A stretch of 64,000 nucleotides of DNA from Macrostomum lignano. Lineage: Eukaryota. Within the stretch, counting starts at the first letter, position 1, and each line of letters starts with the position of its first letter. The stretch spans positions 1 through 64,000 of the forward strand of contig NIVC01000030.1 of NCBI GenBank assembly GCA_002269645.1. Direction: 5' to 3'. Both the position numbers and the translations under genes were made by a program. Below are positions 10,933 to 20,700 of the stretch, piece by piece. Below the pieces are notes generated by a model, which saw nothing but the letters and a program-made list of their open reading frames with translations, had not been told where the DNA came from and did no database searches.

Positions 10933-12775
10933 TCACTGTCTTCTTAGCTTTGGACAAGTTTGACTGAAGCACCGTACGATCGACGAAATGATGAAGATTG
11001 CCGTGACAATCCACACAATGCAAGCACCGTAGAAGATGAATCCTTGATAGAGACTGCCTCTTCCATTGAGCAGCTCCCAGAAGCTGTTTGTCCAAAATGA
11101 TTTGATGGCGCTGTCCATTGAAACAAGGACGGGAAATCTTCCTGTCCCGGTTCCTTTGTCCTTTCTTGTGAACAGCTGGTGAATCATCTTGCGTTGGGTG
11201 ATGAACGCTTGCAAGAAGTCGTTGATCGTCCATCCTGGTGTTATCTCGTCAAGTTGGATATCGGCGAATGGCGTATACTTCGTTCTGTTGAATCGGATTT
11301 TCAAATCCTCCATGTCGTAGTTTTCGTCGACGATTACTTCCGGTTCTGTGATGTTTGCTGTCGTTCCAGTTGTTTTGATGACGTGTAGTGCATTGTCCAG
11401 TTGATAATAGTTTGCTGCCGTGGTGCAAGGTCTCGGTATTGCGGTGCCAACGATGATGTTGTGTACCGTGTCCAAGAATCCCTGAATTCGTTTTCCTTCG
11501 TAGAACGCTTCAATCCTTGGCTTGTCGTAGCAGGTTGTTGACGTGTTCGACGGCAAGATGTTAAAGTGCTGTATCGGCGTGCACTTGTATATCAACAGAT
11601 GCTCGTATATTGGAACTGCCAAAACGTTCGTCATTCCGGTGATTTTACGAAAAGTCATCGTAGGGTTGACATAGTAGTTTTGTCTGGCATAATTTAAGTT
11701 GATTGCGTGCATTTTGCAAGTTAGCTGGACCAGTGTTCGATGCAAGTGGTTTAACTGGTTGTGTAGATTGTGATCCAAAGCCGTTATCTTTGCTGACAGT
11801 AGTCGGTTTGACACCAGTTTGGGACGTTCGATGTCACGTCGTCGTCTGTTCTGTTGTTCCTGCTGTTGATACGTTCCGTTGATGATCGCCAGAAAGGTTT
11901 GTTTGTCGTCATCTTTTACGTAGACTGGTATCTCTTGTTCCGAGATGAATAGTGTCTTGTCTGTATCCTTGCATTTCAGTTTTTGCTCGACTGGTTTCTT
12001 TTGAAACGTCAGTGCCAAGTCTCCTGACTTTGCCAAAAACGTGTTTGACAGTAGACCTCCTTCAACTGTGTGATACTTTTGAAGCTTGCAGTCAATTTCC
12101 GGCTCAACTTCCCACGCGAAGAAGTATTGTCGTGACTTAGATGGTTCTTCATATCGTGAGTCGCCTCTGCGTATATTTGCCATCGATAGTCTTGATGATA
12201 TGTTGGACTCAACGGTAAGCTGTATAGTTCCTCATTCCGCAGTATCGGCGTTGGACACCATCCTTTGCTGTATCGGCAGTCACTTAATTGCAGTTGTAGC
12301 GACTCCATTTTTTCAAAAGGATTGTGGTAGAATGGAATATTCCTGATTAGGTAACTGTTTCGTGTCATGTAGTTAGTCCATGCTTCCGAAAAGTGTACAT
12401 ATCGTCCGTTTGCTGAGTTCTTCGTTCGGTAAAGTTGTGCCTCCCCCACTTTCTCATCCGGTTCTAGCTGACCATCCTTTGAGAACAGTGTTTGGTTCCA
12501 TTGTAGACATTCAGCGTGCGACACATGTAGTTCGTGTTGCCAAAATCGAATTCTGTTCCATTGTCCTCGCCAAACTTTTTCCACTAGGTGCTTGTCTCTA
12601 AAGCACACTATTCCGAGTTGTCGATGCTTCTTGATGTTAGCTTTGTAGAGATCAATTGTGATCTTCTTTGGCTTCGTCTGATTTGTCTTGAAGTAGCTGC
12701 ATTTGATGTCGGTTGGTATCTTGTAGATCATCGGTTGGATATGCGCATCCGTTGGACATATCATTGGTTTTCCAT
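10933..12775 (-). CDS. env: Envelope glycoprotein, class III (herpes gB/chuvirus G-like) fusogen candidate, ~614 aa, split by a -1 frame step near 12225
   Basis: ORFs 12009-12890 and 10933-12183 join into a Cys-rich ectodomain (PMICPT, DCRYSKGWC, YFFAW, central helix ending LTC, NPT, CTPI, CYDKP, GFLD, RPC). It has several N-x-S/T sequons, a furin-like RRRR site, an aromatic membrane-proximal segment and a C-terminal TM (FIFYGACIVWIVTAIFIISSIV). Confidence 0.8.
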
Positions 12776-14509
12776 TGCTGTTGCTTTGGTGACTACTGCC
12801 GTCAGTAGTATTATGATGATCCAGAATATCCAGAATCGCCATTTTCTGAACGTTGCCGTTGTCTTTGCTGGCATTGGCTGCGGCTGCCATTCGTTATCTT
12901 CTGCGTCCGCATCGTATTCTTCCTCTTGTTCCATTGGCGTTTCCGAGCGCAAGGCATCCGATTCGTTCCGCTGCTTGTCGTCTTCATCATTTTCGTCCTT
13001 GCTTTCTTCCGATGTTGTAGTTTTGTCACTCCATTGTCTGCGGTACCTCACTTCGGCCTTGTAGTCGACCGTTTGAATGTAGGCTTCACCATTTCGTTTA
13101 TATCGGATCTCGTAGCATTGATCGCTGTCGGAGCTTAGATTTCTTTCTTCCATTCCTTTGTGCCTTCCGTCTTCATGTTCTTTGTCGGCGGCTCGGTTGT
13201 CATCAGCGTCATTGTGCATCTCATAATCGTGATCGCTGCTTTCTTCTTGCTGTTCTTCTTCCATCTCTGTATTTCCGTCGTTGCTTCTTTCTTTGTCATC
13301 CTTCGTTGCCAGTTCTTTGTCGTTGCCTTTGTTTGTTTCTTCTTTTCTTTCACTGATGTCGCTTGGCAATGTTTTTTCTGTGCTCACTTCTGTCTTTTCT
13401 TCTTCGCTGTCAATGTTAGTTTCTTTCATTTCGACCATGCTGATGTTTTTTGTCTTTTCGCTGCTCTCCGCATCGAGCCAGTCGATTTCATTGATAGTGA
13501 AGTCCATTTCCAAGTCGTCTATCGTGAAGACTTGCTGCTCTTGCTGTTCGCTTTCCGGTGTGTACGTGATGGCGTTTGCATATCGTTGCATCGCTTGCGT
13601 TGGTTGCTTGGGCATGTATCTGGCGTTTCGCGGTCTGTAGCCATTGTTTCCGAAGCGTTTCGTGTTTTGCTGCTGCCAATTTTGATGTTGTTGCCATGGT
13701 TTTTGCGGCTTCCTTCTGTTGAATGGCTGTCGCTGCATGTCATTTCTTGTTGACCGATGAGGACAATGTATTTGGTAGTGTCCTTCTCGTCCACAGTAAT
13801 AGCATCTGGCTTGGGCTCGTTCATTTCGTCTTTTTTGTTCGGCGATAACGGCTGTTTGATGTTGCATCAATTTGTTTAGTTGCTGTGTCAGTTTCTGCAC
13901 TTCTGTGTTGCCGGTTGTCATTAGTGGAGCGCTTGCTTCCCACTGCATTCCGCACCGTAAAAGGTCTTCCTCGGTTTCAATGTTTTCGCGTAGAAGTCTA
14001 TCTCGGAGTGACGGCTGTGCATTGTTTATTACGTGCAGAATCAGATTTTGTTCGCGATCCATCAATCGCTGTCGCTCTCTAGCGGCTAATTCTGCCGCAC
14101 CCAGAGGTGGTTGGTCTGCAGCTGGCAGTGTTGGCTGATGCAGTGCCTTAATTATCTGACGGATGTCGTCCACAAAGGTCAGGAAGGATTCGGTTGGCTG
14201 CATCCTTCTGTTATGCAACTTGTGCAGTAGCACTGATCTGTTTGTGCCACAGCGGTTGAAATGCGCGCGCAGTTGAATGATTAATGCTGGGTAGTTTTGC
14301 TGTGTTGCCGCATCTAGTTTACCATAAATCTCTCGTGCAGTGCCTTGGAGGAGTGGTGGCAACAGTTGCGCTTTTTCTGGATTTTGTAGGTTGTATTCCC
14401 TACATACCAGGTCAAAATGATCAACAAAGGTGTTAAAGTCTTTTTCCATAGAAAAGGTGCCAACTGTCTCTTTGATATCTCTGTGCACCGTTGGATTGCG
14501 CCGCGCCAT
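12761..14509 (-). CDS. gag: Gag (capsid plus CCHC nucleocapsid), followed by an acidic spacer and an in-frame internal signal/TM helix
   Basis: Retrotransposon gag-like helices (FVDHFDLVC..LLQGTAREIY; MQPTESFLTFVDDIR); zinc knuckle CYYCGREGHYQIHC; C-terminal RKWRFWIFWIIIILLTAVVTKATA. Confidence 0.93.
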   Translation of the reverse strand: MARRNPTVHRDIKETVGTFSMEKDFNTFVDHFDLVCREYNLQNPEKAQLLPPLLQGTAREIYGKLDAATQQNYPALIIQLRAHFNRCGTNRSVLLHKLHNRRMQPTESFLTFVDDIRQIIKALHQPTLPAADQPPLGAAELAARERQRLMDREQNLILHVINNAQPSLRDRLLRENIETEEDLLRCGMQWEASAPLMTTGNTEVQKLTQQLNKLMQHQTAVIAEQKRRNERAQARCYYCGREGHYQIHCPHRSTRNDMQRQPFNRRKPQKPWQQHQNWQQQNTKRFGNNGYRPRNARYMPKQPTQAMQRYANAITYTPESEQQEQQVFTIDDLEMDFTINEIDWLDAESSEKTKNISMVEMKETNIDSEEEKTEVSTEKTLPSDISERKEETNKGNDKELATKDDKERSNDGNTEMEEEQQEESSDHDYEMHNDADDNRAADKEHEDGRHKGMEERNLSSDSDQCYEIRYKRNGEAYIQTVDYKAEVRYRRQWSDKTTTSEESKDENDEDDKQRNESDALRSETPMEQEEEYDADAEDNEWQPQPMPAKTTATFRKWRFWIFWIIIILLTAVVTKATAMENQ

Positions 14510-15185
14510 GTTGTTGATGGGATAGAACGGTAGCTCTAGGTCTGGGTCGATTTGTAATGGATCTTCCAGTGTGGTGTTTCTTTCGAAATAAACTTCGGTT
14601 GTAACTGATTGTCTCGCGGCGCTTTTGACACCTCAATTTGTTATGTCTGACCTTGAGCGGAATTCGGCTTTTGGCTGCTTTTTCTGACCTCTTATTCGCT
14701 GGCTGATTTTCGCACTTATGCGGCGTCCCGCAAAGTGTATCTTTAAAGTGCTTGAAGTGCAGCTGCTTCTTGCTTTTTTCAAAGGCCTTTCTTGTCTTCG
14801 TGACGTGCCTTGTCACGTTTTATCAAATTTCGGTTTGTTTTAGCTTTCGTCAAGTGTTTTTAATTTCGGTTTTGTTTTAGTGTGTATTGATTATTTTTCG
14901 GTTTGTTTTCAGTGTACCGGACGTTGTTTTCGGTTTTGTTTAAGGTTTACTCTTGCTCGAGCTCGTTAAAAACAAAAATTTAACACGCGTGCTCAAACGT
15001 TACTCAAAATTGACAGATACTCAAGCCTGTATACCTAAGCTTTTACTCGAGTTTCAAATCGTACAAAAATCGAAAAGTGTCGAAAAGTGTTACCTCTAAC
15101 ACGTGCGCGCAAAATTAATGAAGTCGCTCTTTCGTCACTTTACAATAGCTTGGCCAGGCTATTGCTCAAAAGTTTGAGTAGTGCC

Positions 15186-15203
15186 GAGAGGGCGAGATCA
15201 CCA
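15186..15203 (-). promoter_or_regulatory. Putative primer-binding site TGGTGATCTCGCCCTCTC
   Basis: Starts with TGG 2 nt after the terminal CA of the 5' LTR; priming tRNA not identified. Confidence 0.6.
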
Positions 15204-15205
15204 AT

Positions 15206-16279
15206 TGATGTGTTCCTTATTACCAGTCCTCAACTGTAATCAAGGAACAATCACTTCTAGCTCTGTAGCTAGGCAACCCAGTAATCAAATGAAGGTATTC
15301 AATTACCTTTGAGTCCTTAAATGAGAGCTCTCGTAATAATCCTCGTCCGTAGTATCGCGATCAGTAACTTTCCTGTCCTTCAGGAAGTTTAGGCGCCTGG
15401 TAACAGTTGATCTGGTCCGTTATCTCCTTTGTCCTCTTGACTTCTTGCCGGCCGGTATCTGTAGTTCGGACCAATAAGAAGCTTCCAAATTAACAATGGG
15501 TACCCTGCGCCAAACTGCGGTTTAATATAAGCCTACTCCTTCTAGTAGTGCCTCTATGCACTCTAGGTATGGCTCCGGAAACCACTGATAGTCTTCTAAG
15601 ATCTATCAGGGGCAGTCCTTCTGGAGACTGCAACCAGTGGAGTCTAAACAGACTCAAGAGTCTCAGCAGACTCAAATAAACTCAAGTCTCAATAGACTTG
15701 AGCGAGACGTCTCAACCAACGGGCGCAAATGAGTAAGGCTTACCGCAAGAACTCGTCCACGACGCGAGTTTCTTCAGGAAGGCTTCACTAGAGCTTCCTC
15801 TTCGGAGCTTCTCTCCCTTGGAGATTGTTGGCTCCGGGTCCGTTCCGGACCACTTGTATTTATAGGCGTTCAGACCTCTCTCGAGGTCGTACATCACTGT
15901 CTTCGCAAATGTCAAAGGGTCACGATTCGGTGGCTGTCAAGCATGACAGGGTAGAAAGTTGCGCAACTAGTCTACTGTAAAAGCGCATGATTGGTTACCG
16001 TAGCTGGTAGACTTTGATTGGTTCATCCGGGTGCAACCCGAGTGCAAACAAAATGATGACTTGAAGGTGGGGTTTGAATTGACAGTTGTTGGTCGCACGT
16101 GATTGGGTGATTTCTAAAATTAGCATGCTCGAGGTCTCTCTCTTCCTATTGGTTAGTCCGAATATACTTATAGTTCAAAGCATACCTTTATTCATGCTCT
16201 TCAATTTACTACTAAATAAAATGTGTGAGTAGTACATTAACACTTTTATGTCTTCTTACGGGAGGTAGAACACTCTACA
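15206..16279 (-). repeat. 5' LTR (1074 bp)
   Basis: Direct repeat of 5580-6650; TATAAATA at 15857-15864 (-); ATTAAA at 15521-15526 (-). Confidence 0.97.
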
Positions 16280-16437
16280 CTCAGTTGCTGGGCCAGCCTC
16301 GCAGATCCTCAGTTGCTGGGCCAGCCTCCCAGATCCTCAGTTGCTGGGCCAGCCTCCCAGATCCCCAGTTGCTGGGCCAGCCTCCCAGATCCTCAGTTGC
16401 TGGGTCACCAGCCTCCCAGATCTCCAGTTGCTGGGCC
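16280..16437. repeat. 28-bp minisatellite, right part
   Basis: Continuation of the 5125-5579 array after the TSD. Confidence 0.93.
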
Positions 16438-16468
16438 ACCTTTTCAAATTCTCGGGCTCTGCACTAAC

Positions 16469-16887
16469 CGTACAACTTCGCCTCGTAGGTCCAGTTAGCA
16501 TTGGCAACCCAACGCGTTTTGACGTCATTAAACTCGGCGATGGGATCCGGAATTATTCCAGCCTGTCGTAAGTCGCTGTAAACATCTCCAGGCACCGAGC
16601 CAGGCACTGAGATCGCACCTACAAAGTTGTTAAGTTTGGTGTCATTTATTTTGTAGAATATCAATCAACTGGGACAGTAAATGCTTCATTTATTGCTCAC
16701 CATCTGAACGGCGCAGAGCCCATTGAACATTTGGCGTATTTAGTGAGATTTTTTGTCGTAATGGCGAATTATAAAATAACGTTTCGCTTTGCACTACTAG
16801 TCTGCCGTTAAACAGTAGAACTGTGAAGACACTATTAAGAAAAATTGTCCAATAGAGCTTGTTCAATGGCCAAACGAGGAGTGCCAT
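16469..16887 (-). CDS. MANBA: Beta-mannosidase (GH2), first two coding exons 16701-16887 and 16469-16618; the remainder is not in the window
   Basis: Signal-like N-terminus, then QKISLN..WALR..G|AISVPGSVPGDVYSDLRQAGIIPDPIAEFNDVKTRWVANANWTY, matching the GH2 beta-mannosidase N-terminus; 82-nt GT-AG intron; donor GTTAGT at 16468. Confidence 0.8.
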
Positions 16888-17789
16888 TAAAGTGATTATT
16901 AGTGCTGTTGTAAGTCTGTTGGAGACAAATAGATGCCTATCGTTGTAAGAGCATTGTATACACATTTATCCAATATCATTATAGCCTGTATCTACGCATT
17001 AACTAACCAATCTATACATATCTACCCATTTAACCACTAACTAACTACGATAATATCCCTTTATCTATCTAATTTATCCATTGCCTACCTAATCTACACA
17101 TCCATCACATCCATCTACATATGGATCACATCCATCTACATACTTACTACCTGGCTACTAACTTCATAATAGTAATAATTATTATGCAGTTCTATCTTAA
17201 CCTATCCGTCACATCATGTGATTTCAGGCATAAAAAATTTGCTCACAGAATGCAATCAGACAGTATACAAAAAGCTCTCACTTACCCGCTTGATACGTGC
17301 GTATTTTATACAGCAATCTAGGTTAGGTAATGTTCCACAGAGACTTTCAGTGTAGAACGAAAAACTCTCTTAAATCTGTGCTTTCATAGAGTTTTAAACT
17401 GTACATGCATACACTCTTATCAACTATACGAAATCAGTTGGCAGTGCATGTACATGCACACAAGTTGTAGTTGTACACTTGTGAGAAAAATATTTGCATA
17501 AACACAACTGCTGCTGCAAAGCACACATGTATTTGCATAGACGTACGCTTGTTAATATTACTGTAAGTCTTGACTTAGATGCAGGGGGCGTCCGGCGGAT
17601 GCAGCGAGGAGGCGGAGGGAGACCGCCCATTCCGCTAGCCCCTGGCGACCAAAGACTTCCGTTGAAGTGGTGTCGCTCAGGGGGACCCGTCGGTCTCGCC
17701 TGCAGCGCGGTCCTCCTCACCAACGGTGGGGAAGAAATCAGCTCGTCCGGTGTCCCTGAGGTACCGGGCGAGCAGCGGGATGCTCTCGG

Positions 17790-20700
17790 GCCTGCAAACG
17801 TCGGAGAGAACCGGGTTTGGCCCGACGTGAGTGAGCCTGGCCCTGGTTGAAAACCTAGCAGTAATAAAGTGCTCGATTTTCACTGCCTGAGCGGCAGAAG
17901 GGGCACCGCTCCTCGGGTACTTGGCCCTGAAGGAAGCGGTGGCGAGAGAAGCAGCCATGCCCGGAGAGGGCCATGCTACCTGCTCTGAGGTCTCTGCGGT
18001 TGAGCCTGAGGAGGGCTCTACGCAGGAGAGGAGAGGGGCAGGGGACGGCCGCACGGGATTGCCTACAATTCCGGGTGTCGTGCCACCTGCGGAGATGCTC
18101 GGAGTCAGTCCAGCGCTTAACGCGGGAGTTGATCACCGAGGCGGGGATGGGGGCTCCCGGGCCCGGCCCCAGCAGCGCGCCGGCGGAGCCAGCCTTGGCC
18201 AGCAGGTCAGCGCGCTTGTTGCCGAGGAAGCCGGCGTGGCCCGGGATCCATCTGAGCTCCACCTGGTTGCCTAGCGCAAGCCCGCGTTGAGCTGGGTGTT
18301 GAAGTCCAGGACGGACCTGGAGCTGGTGGTGCAGCGGTAGAGGGCTCGAAGGGCTGCTTGGCTGTCAGAGTGAAAAATAAATTTCCGACCGCTGAGCTGC
18401 CTTCGGCGCAGCTCTGCCGCGCAGGAGCTGATGGCAAAGCACCTCGCTCTGAAAAACACTGGAGTTAAGCCCAGTGTGCAAGGAGAAGCTCCACACCACG
18501 TCTCCCTTGAAGAAGACGCAAGCTCCGAAGCCTGAAAGACCATGCCTCATAGAGCCGTCAGTGTAACAGTGGACTTCAGAATCGCTCGCGCTGTCGCTCG
18601 CTTCGTGTCGAGGCTGAATAGTGACATTATACCTTTGGCTCAGGAGAAGGGCGGCTGGGATCGAGTCCATGAGGATGTTGAGCCCGCCACACTCCTCGAG
18701 AGCCTTGAGCCAGAGGTCAGAGTGCGGGATAAGCGACCGCTTCTTAAAGGCCCGCACTTTCTTGAAGGCCACCCCAGCATCTAGAAGACGCCGGGTGCTC
18801 TTCGCCGCCTCTCCTTTGATAAAAATATCCAGAGGAGGGGCACAGAGGAAGGCATTCATGCCTTCAAAAGGAGTAGAGGGTGGAGCGCTCATAGACATGC
18901 GGCAAGCTCTGCCCTGGGTTTTGTAAAGAGCGTCGAGGTTGCTCTTGACGCTCAGGCCGCTGGCCCACACGAGGCTGGCGTAACTGATCGAGGGGCGGTT
19001 GATGGCAGTGTAAATCCACCACAGCTTCCTGGGGGTGAGCCCCCAGGTGGTGCCCACGGCGCGCCTGATCTGAGCCAGGACAGCCAGGGATTTTTTAGTT
19101 TTAAGTTCAGTCCAGTTAAGCCTGAGTCCAGTTAAGCCTGAGTGAGGCCCAGGCAGCGGACCTGCTTCTCCATTGAAATATCCTTCTCATAGAGGGTGAG
19201 GGGCCTAATTGTCCAGAGCAATTTGTTGGTAAACATGACAGCTCTGGTTTTCGACTCTGAGAGTCTAAGGCCAAATTGGTTTGCCCAACGCTCCGCTCGT
19301 CCCAGAAAGCCCTGCAGAGGATCTCTAATGGTATCAACCGAGGGGCCCGCGCATATCGCGGTCACATCATCGTCATAGCCCACCTTGAGAATGGGGTCGT
19401 GGAGATCACTGCAAAGCAGCTCATCCAGGACCATGTTCCAGAGAACGGGGGTGAGAACTCCGCCCTGGGGGCCCCCTTTCTGGACAGGCGCCGAAAGAGA
19501 GCTGGCGTTAAGGTGGGCCACTACAGTGCGATTTCGGATCATGAACATGATCCACCGGACAAGGTGAGGGTGCGGAGCCCTGGATTCCAGGGCTCTGCAA
19601 AAAGCCTCGAAGATGACGTTGTCGAAGGCCCCCTCAATGTCCAGGAATAGCGAGAGGGCAAAACCGCTGCCAAGAACGGCCCTCTCCAGGAAGTCAACAA
19701 TGACATGGAGGGCACTCTCGGTAGACCTGCCCGCGCGGAAGGCGTGCTGGTTCTGCAAGAGTGGGAAGCGCTCCAGCTCGACTGAAAGTAGGCGCCAAAG
19801 CACCAGTCTCTCGAGGAGCTTAAGGCAGAAAGAGGTGAGGCTGATAGGCCTGAAGGCCTTCACCGATTGGTAGTCGCTCTTTCCAGGCTTGGGGATAAAG
19901 ACCACCCGGGCCTTCCTCCACGCAACTGGTACATAGCCCAGCTCCACACAAGCTCGAAGGAGACGACAGAGCAGGTCCAGGAAGAGGTGGTTTTTCACCG
20001 CCTCGTGCAAGAACGCTGGGTAGATGCCGTCGGGCCCAGGCGCCTTGAACGGGTTAAAGGACCTTGCCGCTCTAATAATGCGGTCTTTGTTGATCATAGA
20101 CTTGGTTAGGCCTTGCCCTCCCACGGTGTGGTCAGGCGGGCCCTGCTGAGTCGGAGATTTAGGGAAGAAACTGTTGAGCATTAACTCTAGAGTCTCTTTA
20201 GAGCTCTCTGTGACCGAGCCATCAAGTCTCTTCACAACAGAGAGTTTAGAAAAACGGTCATTCGTGAGTGCCTTAACCACGCGGGCTACGGGGCGAGAGC
20301 CCAATTGGTGCCGATTGGCCGTCTTGGCCCTTCTGACTTGGCCCTTAAACTTGTGGATCGCACGGGTATAGGCCTCTATATCAGATGGGTCTTTGGTTTT
20401 GAGCGCTCGCCTTTGGAGGGTCCTGGCTCGGCGCCGAAGGGCCCCGAGCTCTGGGTTCCACCAGGGAGCAGATTTCTTGCCTTTATAGGCCTTTAGAGGT
20501 GTAGAGAAAATACTAACGATTGAAATATGAGATATTTAAATTAGAGTTAAATTGAATCTAAGATAAGCCAGTACGAGCTAAGTGGGCGCAGGGCCCAAAC
20601 AAGTATATTTAAATGACCAATTTAGAGGGGGGTTGACTCCAGATAATAAGGAGAGGGGTGAAGTGCGCGACTGAAGAGAGAGGCGAGAATGGAGAGCCAA

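Larger units (their letters stand above)
5580..16279 (-). mobile_element. Full-length Ty3/gypsy (Metaviridae-like) LTR retroelement with gag-env-pol order and a 3' accessory RING ORF
   Basis: Two ~1.07 kb LTRs with TG...CA ends; 4-bp TSD CTCA (5576-5579, 16280-16283); PBS-like TGG 2 nt after the 5' LTR; Gag CCHC; PR-RT-RH-IN domain order. Confidence 0.97.

Noticed and set aside
10933-11233. First ~100 aa of the 1346-aa Pol ORF as real protein
   Set aside because: It is the -1 frame overlapping the Env C-terminus and TM; the Env frame is the protein-like one until ~10950
12200-12240. Internal env frame step as a programmed frameshift
   Set aside because: No slippery heptamer; best explained by one lost G in GAGGAA (mutation or sequencing error)
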